64,000 bases of DNA, from IMG/VR virus record IMGVR_UViG_3300029288_004207, positions 1 to 64,000 of that record; one strand, given 5' to 3'. Within the stretch, counting starts at the first letter, position 1; every line of letters begins with the position of its first letter. Under the pieces are notes generated by a model. It did not search any database and was not told the DNA's origin. It worked only from the letters and a program-made list of their open reading frames with translations. Positions 17,627 to 25,669 of this stretch are shown piece by piece. A program made the translations under genes and the position numbers. This DNA is from a virus. Taxonomy: Duplodnaviria; Caudoviricetes.

Positions 17627-18571
17627 CTAGGGCTGTTCCACCTGTTTCACACGAACCGGAATCTGATTCAGAAAGTTCGCAAACATAGGTGTCTCGCTCT
17701 TGCGATGATTATAGCGGAATGAATATTCGTTAACGTAGGATTGGAGATACTTAGGGGAAACATTATGATACACACCACCGATACCACGCTTAACGAGCGA
17801 CCAGAAACCCTCAATGGTGTTCGTGTGAACGATGCCACGAGAATACTCGTGTATGGAATGATTCACTATTTGATGGTTATAACCGTTCTTGTTAAGCGGG
17901 TTGTATGCGCTCATTTCATCCGTGTAAACAGTGGTGTTAGGCTCTACGTTCTCTTTTACTTGGGGTATAATGGTTGCTTGGTCAGTATTAGGCACAACCA
18001 CCGCTTTAACATCGCCCTTGCGTTCTACAGCCCCGAATACGGGCGTTTTGTCCGCCGTGCCACGACCTGTGAGGTTGGCACGTTTGGAATCGTGCATGTT
18101 GATTGCCTTACCACCCATGTATGTCTCATCAAGTTCTACTTCACCGGAAAGCATTTTATTCTCGCCCAAGAGGGTACGAATCTGTTTGAACATACGCCAT
18201 GCTGTTTTATAGGTAACTCCAAGTTCACGTTGAAGCTGTTTAGCAGATATGCCACAGCGAGTAGAGGACATGAGGTATATAGCGTAAAACCAAGAGCGCA
18301 AAGAGGTCTCGGACTTATGGAATATGCTGTTAGCCGTTGGGGATACATGGCTTCTGCAAAACTTGCAGGTATATACTTTACGATTGGCTATTCTGTAATG
18401 TGTAGTTACCCTATCGCACTTCTGGCAGAATACGCCTTGCGGATAACGGAGTTTCAAGAGTATATCAAGGCACTCATTATCGGTAGGAAATTGCTTGTTA
18501 AATTCTTTGATTGTAAACTTTGTAGTAGTCATATTGCTCCTTTGGTTAATAAGTATGTTTAATTGTAGCAT
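17627..18571 (-). CDS. IS1595-family DDE transposase (probable start MTTTKF at 18532)
   Basis: Zn ribbon CQKC...CKFC, VELDETYMGG, VYTDE, HTNTIEGFWSLVKRG, YVNEYSFRYN; element ends not resolved. Confidence 0.95.
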   Translation of the reverse strand: MLQLNILINQRSNMTTTKFTIKEFNKQFPTDNECLDILLKLRYPQGVFCQKCDRVTTHYRIANRKVYTCKFCRSHVSPTANSIFHKSETSLRSWFYAIYLMSSTRCGISAKQLQRELGVTYKTAWRMFKQIRTLLGENKMLSGEVELDETYMGGKAINMHDSKRANLTGRGTADKTPVFGAVERKGDVKAVVVPNTDQATIIPQVKENVEPNTTVYTDEMSAYNPLNKNGYNHQIVNHSIHEYSRGIVHTNTIEGFWSLVKRGIGGVYHNVSPKYLQSYVNEYSFRYNHRKSETPMFANFLNQIPVRVKQVEQP

Positions 18572-18632
18572 TAATAAATACGTGTTGTCAAGGTATAGAA
18601 TGATATTAATTATAAAGATTATATAAAGAATA

Positions 18633-18986
18633 ATGGAGGAAAATATGGTAAGAGAAAAGTTTGGTAATTATCCCCCCACTACACGTAAGGTGTATAATCC
18701 TCTTAATAAATTGGTTAGGAGGATTATAACATTTATGAAGAACTCTGTAATAGTATTACTAGTTGCTTCAATAGTAGGGTTAGGAATATACGTGCCAGAA
18801 GTAATAAGGGCTAATAGTATTAATATTACGAATATTATATTGATAATTGTTTTGTTGTTTATTGCCGTTATGTGTGGTGTTGTTTTAGGTAAAACAGACC
18901 GTGAAGAAAAACAAAAAGAAAAAGCAAGAAACGCTAAATTAGATGCAATTATTAGTAAGTTAGGTATAACTGATAAAGATATATAG
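18633..18986 (+). CDS. Two-TM membrane protein
   Basis: Two hydrophobic helices. Confidence 0.65.
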   Translation: MEENMVREKFGNYPPTTRKVYNPLNKLVRRIITFMKNSVIVLLVASIVGLGIYVPEVIRANSINITNIILIIVLLFIAVMCGVVLGKTDREEKQKEKARNAKLDAIISKLGITDKDI

Positions 18987-19320
18987 TAATACTCAAATAT
19001 AGAATTTTAAGGTGACAATAGCGGATTATAGAGTAAGTTGTGGCATTGGTATAAAAGTTTTACTGTTTCTTATCCGCATTGTAACATGGCGAAGGATATG
19101 GGGAGATGTTTTACCGATTGAATAGTTGGTCAATAGTGATGATTGTTGCCATGATAACTGTAGCGGTAACTAACAGTTCCATGTTGGTAACAATCAAGTA
19201 GGCGGTAGAAATAGCTATCAATACTTTCATTGGCTAATAGACCTCCGGCTAATATTCAAGAACAAGGTCAGCCAGTGAACAAGCCCCATATCCTCGCCTA
19301 CCTTAGTACGGAGTTAAAAG

Positions 19321-19557
19321 ATGAATGATATACCGATAGAATTATTTATAGCTACAGTGATAATAGGGTTATGTGCTTATTATTTTGTATATAAGTGGTA
19401 TAAGACCAACAAACAACTTAAACAATGCCAAAAAGAATTAACGATGTTAAAATCTCAAAATGGTTTATCGTCAAATAGTTTCACCAAGCCCCATATTTCA
19501 CCTAGTGATAAGACTACCACTAAAGTTGTTCCTAAGGGTGTTGGGAAAGACGTATAA
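19321..19557 (+). CDS. Single-TM hypothetical protein
   Basis: GGAG RBS, TM segment. Confidence 0.6.
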   Translation: MNDIPIELFIATVIIGLCAYYFVYKWYKTNKQLKQCQKELTMLKSQNGLSSNSFTKPHISPSDKTTTKVVPKGVGKDV

Positions 19558-19687
19558 ATATAATAATCAAAGCTGATAGATAGAATAATATAAACGAAAC
19601 AGATAAAAGTCATCGCACCTAATTATAGTACTAAAGCGTGCTGTTAAGGGATAATTACCTTTCATAAAGGGGGTTGCGGAAGTAAAA

Positions 19688-20077
19688 ATGCAAACTAAGA
19701 AGTCTTTAATAATAATCTGTATTGTATTATTAGTAGTAATTACTGTTATAACCTCTCTATTTACGACTGGAACTATTAGTTTACAAGTCGGGCAGTTAGA
19801 AAACAAAATATCAGCGCATGAAGCAGTTTTAGTAAACGATATTACTAATGTAAAAGAATCAGACTTTCCTTTCTATGTATCTATCATGTATAGTACTACG
19901 AGCCAATCTTATACGCACCAGACTATACCAATAAAAATATCTAAAAATGGGGAGTTTGCGATAAAACTTATTGGATTAACACCAGATACTACATACTATT
20001 ATTATGTTAGAGTCATAAGGTCAGATTTTATTGTATTCGGTAATGAGGAAAAAAGTTTTACTACGGCAAAGGAATAA
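19688..20077 (+). CDS. Membrane-anchored FN3-like protein
   Basis: Signal or TM segment plus GLTPDTTYYYYVRV...KSFTT. Confidence 0.7.
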   Translation: MQTKKSLIIICIVLLVVITVITSLFTTGTISLQVGQLENKISAHEAVLVNDITNVKESDFPFYVSIMYSTTSQSYTHQTIPIKISKNGEFAIKLIGLTPDTTYYYYVRVIRSDFIVFGNEEKSFTTAKE

Positions 20078-20127
20078 TTAAAAACTAACTTAATTTAAGA
20101 GTTGCAAAATAAATATTACTAATTTAC

Positions 20128-20156
20128 TTGACAAAACAGTATCTTGACTTTATAAT
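20128..20156 (+). promoter_or_regulatory. Sigma70 promoter TTGACA-N17-TATAAT for the basic-protein and capsid-like genes
   Basis: Exact consensus. Confidence 0.85.
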
Positions 20157-20205
20157 ATACAGAAATGTACTTTATCTTGAAAAGTTATCGGGGGTCTGTT
20201 AATAT

Positions 20206-20313
20206 TTGAAAGCAAGACGTTCAGCCAAACAAAAAGCGGCTACCAAGAAAATGATTGCTGCCGCAAAACGTGCAAATCTCAAAGGTGGGAAAAATAAGCA
20301 CGGTAAGGGCTAA
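20206..20313 (+). CDS. 35-aa K/R/A-rich basic protein (MKARRSAKQKAATKKMIAAAKRANLKGGKNKHGKG)
   Basis: Own translation, TTG start; composition suggests nucleic-acid binding. Confidence 0.65.
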   Translation: MKARRSAKQKAATKKMIAAAKRANLKGGKNKHGKG

Positions 20314-20413
20314 ATACCCTTAAAAGCACTTTAACAATTGCATATTCCTTTTTTGTAAATCTGCTTACATTCAAGCAATATAGCAGAAATAATGGTCGGA
20401 GGTCTTTGAATGA

Positions 20414-21052
20414 ATGCAGATGATTTTGGGTTGGCAAAACAGCCCCTTCATTCAGTGATGGATGAAGCAAACCCATCTAAACGGGGGAAACCTGAAATGG
20501 CAATCCCGTACTAAGCAGAAAGAGAACCAATCTTTCGGGCATGTGTAACGACTTTACGGTGGGTATCTGTTTACAAGATAGATAAAGAGAAAGTCTGCTC
20601 TGCAACAAATTAACATCCCTTAATCTTCAGACTAAGTTGCAGTTAACACAAAGGTTAATTTTCGCAGCCATCTTCGTATATGTGGGCGTGAACCTGGAGC
20701 CTGGTCTTAACCAGACCGTAGCTACTATCACGACTCCGACATATTCCAGTGGCGTTGCCGGACTCAACGGGGTAATCATGATTGTCTTTGCAGCCATAAG
20801 ATATAAAATTGTGGCTTTGGGGAGTAATCTCCATTGTAAAACGCATCAAATTCGGGGAAGCCTAAACTCTTTTAAGAGCATGGTAATCGCCGAGCTAAGC
20901 AGGAAAGCTAATGCTTTCTGGGCATGTGGAGAGACTAGATGGTGCGCTTCCAATTTAAATTGGAAGATGGTATAGTCCGAACCTCATCTAAAGGTGAGTT
21001 GACATAACGGATAATCTTCGGAGTTGTCAAGCAAATGTCCGCCGCCGCCTAA
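20414..21052 (+). CDS. 67-aa two-helix hydrophobic protein, candidate major capsid or pilin-like subunit; exons 20414-20431, 20655-20797, 21010-21052
   Basis: Spliced product MQMILGLIFAAIFVYVGVNLEPGLNQTVATITTPTYSSGVAGLNGVIMIVFAAMIIFGVVKQMSAAA is colinear with the intron-less paralog at 15225; C-ending codon bias (ATC, TTC, GCC, AAC) unlike the AT-rich background. Confidence 0.9.
20432..20654 (+). ncRNA. Group I intron 1 (223 nt, no ORF)
   Basis: P1 GGGU/GCCC with U-G at the 5' splice site; P2 with GUGA loop; P3 ACCCAUC/GGUGGGU; P AAACGGGGGAA; Q AAUCCCGUACUAAGC; P7 GACUU/AAGUC; terminal G. Confidence 0.9.
20798..21009 (+). ncRNA. Group I intron 2 (212 nt, no ORF)
   Basis: P1 AGCCAU/GUGGCU with U-G; P3 CGCAUC/GGUGCG; P AAAUUCGGGGAA; Q AAUCGCCGAGCUAAGC; P7 GACUA/UAGUC; P8 CUUCCAAU/AUUGGAAG; ends ...UAACG. 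Confidence 0.93.
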
Positions 21053-21078
21053 CAGAATACTTTCGCCTCAATAGAATT

Positions 21079-21121
21079 GGGGAGATACTTTAGAATTATT
21101 TTTGATATCTCCCCTTTTCTT
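21079..21121 (+). terminator. Probable intrinsic terminator after the capsid-like gene
   Basis: GGGGAGATA/TATCTCCCC stem plus T-tract; long loop. Confidence 0.55.
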
Positions 21122-21134
21122 GTGCCAAAATCTA

Positions 21135-21163
21135 TTGACAAATAGACATAAGTATGATATATT
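21135..21163 (+). promoter_or_regulatory. Sigma70 promoter TTGACA-N17-TATATT with extended TG
   Basis: Near consensus. Confidence 0.75.
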
Positions 21164-21182
21164 ATATATGGAGGGAAGATAA

Positions 21183-21317
21183 ATGAAAGTAATGTTGATA
21201 AGAATAGATGAGAAAGACAAACAGTTATTGGAAATAGAGGCAAAAAAACTAGGTTTACCACTTACGGCTTATTGTCGCATGATATTATTAAAGAATTTAC
21301 AGAAAGAGGATAAATAA
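21183..21317 (+). CDS. 44-aa ribbon-helix-helix (CopG-like) DNA-binding protein
   Basis: Own translation MKVMLIRIDEKDKQLLEIEAKKLGLPLTAYCRMILLK... Confidence 0.75.
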   Translation: MKVMLIRIDEKDKQLLEIEAKKLGLPLTAYCRMILLKNLQKEDK

Positions 21318-21602
21318 ATGAAAACAATTCAACTAACAGATAATCAATATAAAGATTTACTTTGGTTTAAGAATTTCATGACTACTAAATTACGTGTTAT
21401 AACAAATCAAGAAGTGATAAAAGTAATAGATGATTATCATTTGAATAAAGGAAAAACAGAGGGTGAATTTAAAAGAATACCTAAAGGCACAGATAGTAAA
21501 ATGGATTACGAGCCAGAATATACATTTGGTCATTGTATACATGATATTATTGAATCCGTAATGATAGAGCAGCAAACTGGGGAAGTAAATTATATTACTT
21601 AA
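21318..21602 (+). CDS. Hypothetical protein
   Basis: Coupled to the RHH ORF. Confidence 0.7.
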   Translation: MKTIQLTDNQYKDLLWFKNFMTTKLRVITNQEVIKVIDDYHLNKGKTEGEFKRIPKGTDSKMDYEPEYTFGHCIHDIIESVMIEQQTGEVNYIT

Positions 21603-21612
21603 AAGATATTAA

Positions 21613-22470
21613 ATGGTGATAAGAAACGAATACGCTATCAATAAACAAAGGGAATCATTAAAGTTATTTTACCAAACAACTAAAGGTATTGCGTTTAAAA
21701 AACGATTAAGCGAACTTGCATCTAAAAATAAACCACATTTAGGGCATAATCATTCACCTGAAACTATAGAAAAAATGCGTATCGCTAAATTAGGTAAAAA
21801 GATGTCGTTAGAAACTAGACAAAAAATGAGTGAAGCACAAATGGGAGAAAAACACCACATGTTTGGTAAACATTGTAGTCAAGAGGTTAAAAATAGAGTT
21901 AGTGATGGTTTAAGACGTTTATACCAAACTGCTAAAGGTAAAAAGATAAGGGAAATAGTTGATAATGCTAATAAAGGCAATCATCATCATTTAGGTCATA
22001 AACATTCTGAAGAAGCATTAGAAAAAATGCGTAAGATAAAAACAGGTAAGGTGTTATCTGAAGAAACAAAAAATAAAATGCGTGAGTCACAAAAAGTTGT
22101 TTGGTCTAAGAGTATAGAATACAAAAACGAAAGAGTCGGTAATATAGTAAAAGGAAATAAAAATACTAAATACCCTAATAAAAAAGAAACCATAATATTA
22201 AATATGTTGCAGGAATTACAACCCGACACTCGGTATTTTATAGGTGGTGGAGATGGATTAAAAGTCGGTGGTAAAATACCAGATATTTATAATGGTAAAG
22301 ATAAACTTATAGAGCATTATGGTTATCACTGGCATCACAATCATAATCCGCAAGACCGCATTGACTTATTCGCTAAATATGGTTTTAAAACTTTAATTAT
22401 TCAAGAGATGGATTTGATTAAACATCCAGATAAAGTAAGGGAACAATTGATAGCGTTTATAAATAGTTAA
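21613..22470 (+). CDS. Free-standing homing-endonuclease-like protein: NUMOD3 repeats plus C-terminal PD-(D/E)xK/Vsr-like domain
   Basis: HSPETIEKMR, MSLETRQKMSEA, HSEEALEKMR, LSEETKNKMRES; GGKIPDIY...KLIEHYGYHWH. Confidence 0.85.
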   Translation: MVIRNEYAINKQRESLKLFYQTTKGIAFKKRLSELASKNKPHLGHNHSPETIEKMRIAKLGKKMSLETRQKMSEAQMGEKHHMFGKHCSQEVKNRVSDGLRRLYQTAKGKKIREIVDNANKGNHHHLGHKHSEEALEKMRKIKTGKVLSEETKNKMRESQKVVWSKSIEYKNERVGNIVKGNKNTKYPNKKETIILNMLQELQPDTRYFIGGGDGLKVGGKIPDIYNGKDKLIEHYGYHWHHNHNPQDRIDLFAKYGFKTLIIQEMDLIKHPDKVREQLIAFINS

Positions 22471-22535
22471 AAAATAAGAGAAATAAACTTGTATTTTGGG
22501 GGAAAGCAATTTATAAAATACTAAAGGAAAGGGAT

Positions 22536-22763
22536 ATGACAAGAAAAATTCAAAGATTACTAGATAAAATAGCCAAGAGAGTTAAAGAGAATGAAAATAA
22601 ACATGTCTGTGGTTCTCAAGGTTATGGATACGGATTAAATGATAGTTGCCCTGCATGTGAAAAACAAAATAAATATCATAAGATAATAAGGGTTGATGAA
22701 GATGTTAAAATGCCATCGTTATATGGTAGACATGGTATTAAAGAGAAACCAACGATAAGATAG
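22536..22763 (+). CDS. Small Cys-containing hypothetical protein
   Basis: HVCG...SCPAC. Confidence 0.6.
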   Translation: MTRKIQRLLDKIAKRVKENENKHVCGSQGYGYGLNDSCPACEKQNKYHKIIRVDEDVKMPSLYGRHGIKEKPTIR

Positions 22764-22794
22764 ATATAACGTCAAAATAAATATCTAAAACCCA

Positions 22795-22824
22795 TTGACT
22801 TTTACCATTACATAGCATTATAAT
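22795..22824 (+). promoter_or_regulatory. Sigma70 promoter TTGACT-N18-TATAAT
   Basis: Near consensus. Confidence 0.65.
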
Positions 22825-22835
22825 ATAAGTAATTG

Positions 22836-22878
22836 AGGCGAACTATCGTACCGAAATGGTGCGTGTTCGCCTTTTTTA
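22836..22878 (+). terminator. Hairpin plus T-tract directly after the promoter
   Basis: AGGCGAAC...CGTACC-GAAA-TGGTGCG...GTTCGCCT then TTTTT. Confidence 0.65.
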
Positions 22879-22905
22879 TTAGTTAAAAATAGCAGGGAAA
22901 GATAA

Positions 22906-23040
22906 ATGAATTGTCCGAAATGTGGTCATAAAGCTATAAAGAATGGTACTCGCCAGATACGACGTAAGGGAGTTAATGGTAAGAGGCAAAGTTATTTATG
23001 CACTTCTCCTAAATGCTGGTATCAGTGGGAAACAAGATAA
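22906..23040 (+). CDS. 44-aa Zn-ribbon protein (MNCPKCGH...YLCTSPKC)
   Basis: Own translation; RBS present. Confidence 0.65.
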   Translation: MNCPKCGHKAIKNGTRQIRRKGVNGKRQSYLCTSPKCWYQWETR

Positions 23041-23167
23041 GCAAGTTACCCATTATATATAGGGGGATAAAAAAATGGGTAGAACTAGTCAGGCAGTATT
23101 ATAAATCTTCGCTCGGAATATAGCCGTTAGTTGACAAATATAGCCAGAGTGTCTAAGGTTAAAGAAC

Positions 23168-24232
23168 ATGAAAATGATACGCACAGTCAAGATAAATAGC
23201 CCGGTAAATAAGGGTAAACTTCAAGGGATACGCGAGTTTCTTGTAGAGTACCAAAACTGTGTTAATTACTTCATTGCGAGACTGTGGAGCGAACAACGTT
23301 TTCGCGGCTCATATCTGGATAAACCCTATATAGCTTCGGCGCGGAAACGATTTAATCTCACCGCCCGTTTAATCCAGTGCGCGGGGAAACAAGCGTTTGA
23401 AGTTGTTAAGTCACAGCGTAAAAAAGATACCAAACAATTTCCAAGATTCAAGACACTATCGGCTACACTGGATAGCCGTTTTTGGTCAATTACTGATAAC
23501 GAAAACACCTTTAATTGGTTAAAACTACAGTCAGGTTTTACTTACTTAATCCCGTTTACCAAGTCTAAACTTTGGGATAAGTGGCTTGAAAAAGGATTTA
23601 TACTCTCCAAATCTATGCGAGTTAGTATCAGAAAAGATAAACTAGAGCTAGAGTTTTTCTTTGAGCATGAATCACCGGAACTTAAACCCATTGGAAACAC
23701 CGAGGGATTAGATTTAGGGTACGTTAATCTAGCAACATGTTCTGATGGGCAGATGGTCGGCATGAGATTAAATCAGTTTATCCGTACATTCCCCAAACGC
23801 AAAAAACATACACATAAGACTATAACAAACAAGGTTTATCAAGAGCTAAAATCCCTTGATTTAAGCAAGATTAACACACTTGTTTTAGAGAACCTTAAAC
23901 GAGTAAAGCATAATACACGTGAGACGTTCTCACGAACACATAACAGGCGTTTATCTCATTGGCTATATGCCAAGGTGATTAGATGGTTGGAACAACGCTG
24001 TGAGGAACAGGGAATCCGCATAGAATACAAATCTCCCTGGAAAACTTCACAGAATTGTTCAGTCTGCCACAAATGGGATAAACGAAATCGTAACGGTGAA
24101 AGGTTTAAATGTGTAAACTGTGGGCATGAGGAACATGCGGACGTAATCGGCTCACAAAACCTCAAGTCGTTAGGATTGGCGGGAGTCTATAGTCTCCGTT
24201 TATTACCAACTCTTAATGGTGGGTGTCTATGA
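23168..24232 (+). CDS. tnpB: TnpB RNA-guided endonuclease (IS200/IS605-type)
   Basis: RuvC-I GLDLG, RuvC-II LVLENL, Zn finger CSVC...CVNC, RuvC-III HADVIGSQN. Confidence 0.92.
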   Translation: MKMIRTVKINSPVNKGKLQGIREFLVEYQNCVNYFIARLWSEQRFRGSYLDKPYIASARKRFNLTARLIQCAGKQAFEVVKSQRKKDTKQFPRFKTLSATLDSRFWSITDNENTFNWLKLQSGFTYLIPFTKSKLWDKWLEKGFILSKSMRVSIRKDKLELEFFFEHESPELKPIGNTEGLDLGYVNLATCSDGQMVGMRLNQFIRTFPKRKKHTHKTITNKVYQELKSLDLSKINTLVLENLKRVKHNTRETFSRTHNRRLSHWLYAKVIRWLEQRCEEQGIRIEYKSPWKTSQNCSVCHKWDKRNRNGERFKCVNCGHEEHADVIGSQNLKSLGLAGVYSLRLLPTLNGGCL

Positions 24233-24253
24233 ATGTCTACCATAAAGAGAACT

Positions 24254-25178
24254 ATGAATGTAAATAAAGCTCATAAATTAGCAAGGTCTAAAGAACCTAG
24301 TTGGTTAAGGAGAAAAAGTTTATCGCAGATGTGGCGAGACTTAAAATGATATGGCTAAAAAGAAAAAGAAGGATGGGTTTCATAATTTGTTTGGTTTATT
24401 AAGTGAAAAGGATAAGAAATCACTTAAAAGAATAGCAGTAACAGGATTAACGAAAGGTAGGTGAGATAAAGTGAAAGACAAGAATCCTTGGGCAAATGTA
24501 TCAAAAAAAGAACTGAAAGGCATGAAAAAGATTGCCATGACTGGTATGACTGGTGGTAAAGTCAAAAAACTCAAGTTGCCGAAGTAAAGTAATAAAGAAT
24601 AAAATAATTAAGGGAGAAAGATAAAGTATGGCGAACAAAAAGATAACTTTTGGCGTAAGTTCAAGTGAAGTGAAACGAATGAGTAGAGATGTAAAAAGGG
24701 GTCTTACACAGTATAAGGGTAAGGATAAATTTGCCTTTAAATCTGTGGCAAATAGAAAACAGTGGTTTCCTAAAAATGGAAACAGCGGGTTGTAATATGG
24801 AGTGAAAAAATGGATTGGTTAAAACTTGATAAAGAAGCTGGACGTAAATTAAAAAAGTTGGAAAGCAAAGAAGGCAAAGTTGCGAAACGCCGACTTAAAG
24901 AGTTTACGTCCATAAGCCCTGCAAAGAAAAAGACCAAGTGGTATTACTAAGATGGGTAAGAATTGTTCATACTCATTTAGTGAATACCAAAAAGGTGTTA
25001 AAAAACGGCAAAAGTCAATACGAGATTTTGACCGCCGTGAAAAAATTGGTATGAAAAAACTAAAGAGGCTTTGGAGATAATGGGTAAAAAAGAACGTAAG
25101 AAATGTGGTGGTAATCGGCATAATGTAAAAAGGGAAAGACGGCACGAAAGAGCCTTGAAAGAAAAACGCCACGAATAA
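24254..25178 (+). other. Seven tandem tiny basic ORFs: 24254-24349, 24351-24464, 24471-24587, 24628-24795, 24810-24950, 24952-25080, 25080-25178
   Basis: Own translations, 31-55 aa, K/R-rich, gaps of 0-40 bp, several with purine-rich RBS. Confidence 0.7.
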
Positions 25179-25192
25179 AGAGGTGAAAGTTT

Positions 25193-25453
25193 ATGGGTTT
25201 TATGGACAGAAAATATTCAAAAGCTGAAAAACAACAACTTAAAAGTGCTAAACAATCGCTCAAGAGACAGAAGCAACGGGAAAAACGCCATGAAAGTTTA
25301 GAAAAACTCCACGCCAAAACAGAAATGTATAAGGCAAAAGGTTCATTTTATAAAGCCAAGCATGGGGCAAAACCACGCCCACTCTTTGATATTTCTATAG
25401 GGAAGAAGAAACAAGGTGGTAAAATCAAGCGTAGAAAAATTGGTTTATTATAA
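25193..25453 (+). CDS. Basic K/R-rich protein
   Basis: GAGGTG RBS. Confidence 0.75.
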   Translation: MGFMDRKYSKAEKQQLKSAKQSLKRQKQREKRHESLEKLHAKTEMYKAKGSFYKAKHGAKPRPLFDISIGKKKQGGKIKRRKIGLL

Positions 25454-25468
25454 AGTAGGTGATATAAT

Positions 25469-25660
25469 ATGACTTACGCTTTACCAAGAAAAAAGAAATT
25501 TCCACTTAGGAATAAACAACAGGCTATATCGGCGGTAGCTTATGCCAAAAAGGGAGCAAAAGAAAGGACAATAACTCCCCAAGAACGTGATATCGTTTTA
25601 AGAAAAGTCCATGCTAAATATCCAAGTATTAACATAACTCCTATTAGAGGGAAAAAGTAG
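25469..25660 (+). CDS. Small basic protein
   Basis: AGGTG RBS; FPLRNKQQAISA...VHAKYP. Confidence 0.75.
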   Translation: MTYALPRKKKFPLRNKQQAISAVAYAKKGAKERTITPQERDIVLRKVHAKYPSINITPIRGKK

Positions 25661-25669
25661 AGGATTATT

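Noticed and set aside
17741-18562. 273-aa plus-strand ORF and other long antisense ORFs (e.g. 6112, 14047, 25688, 52067, 62207)
   Set aside because: Shadows of well-supported genes on the opposite strand; no motifs or RBS
19229-19320. GC-richer spacer as a riboswitch
   Set aside because: No recognisable aptamer consensus; only weak terminal pairing
20637-20975. ORF-track 112-aa protein MQLTQRLIFAA...
   Set aside because: Chimera of intron 1 tail, exon 2 and intron 2; replaced by the spliced model
21062-21072. 11-nt complementarity TTCGCCTCAAT to 22832-22842
   Set aside because: Too short to exceed chance in 64 kb; each site is explained by a local hairpin
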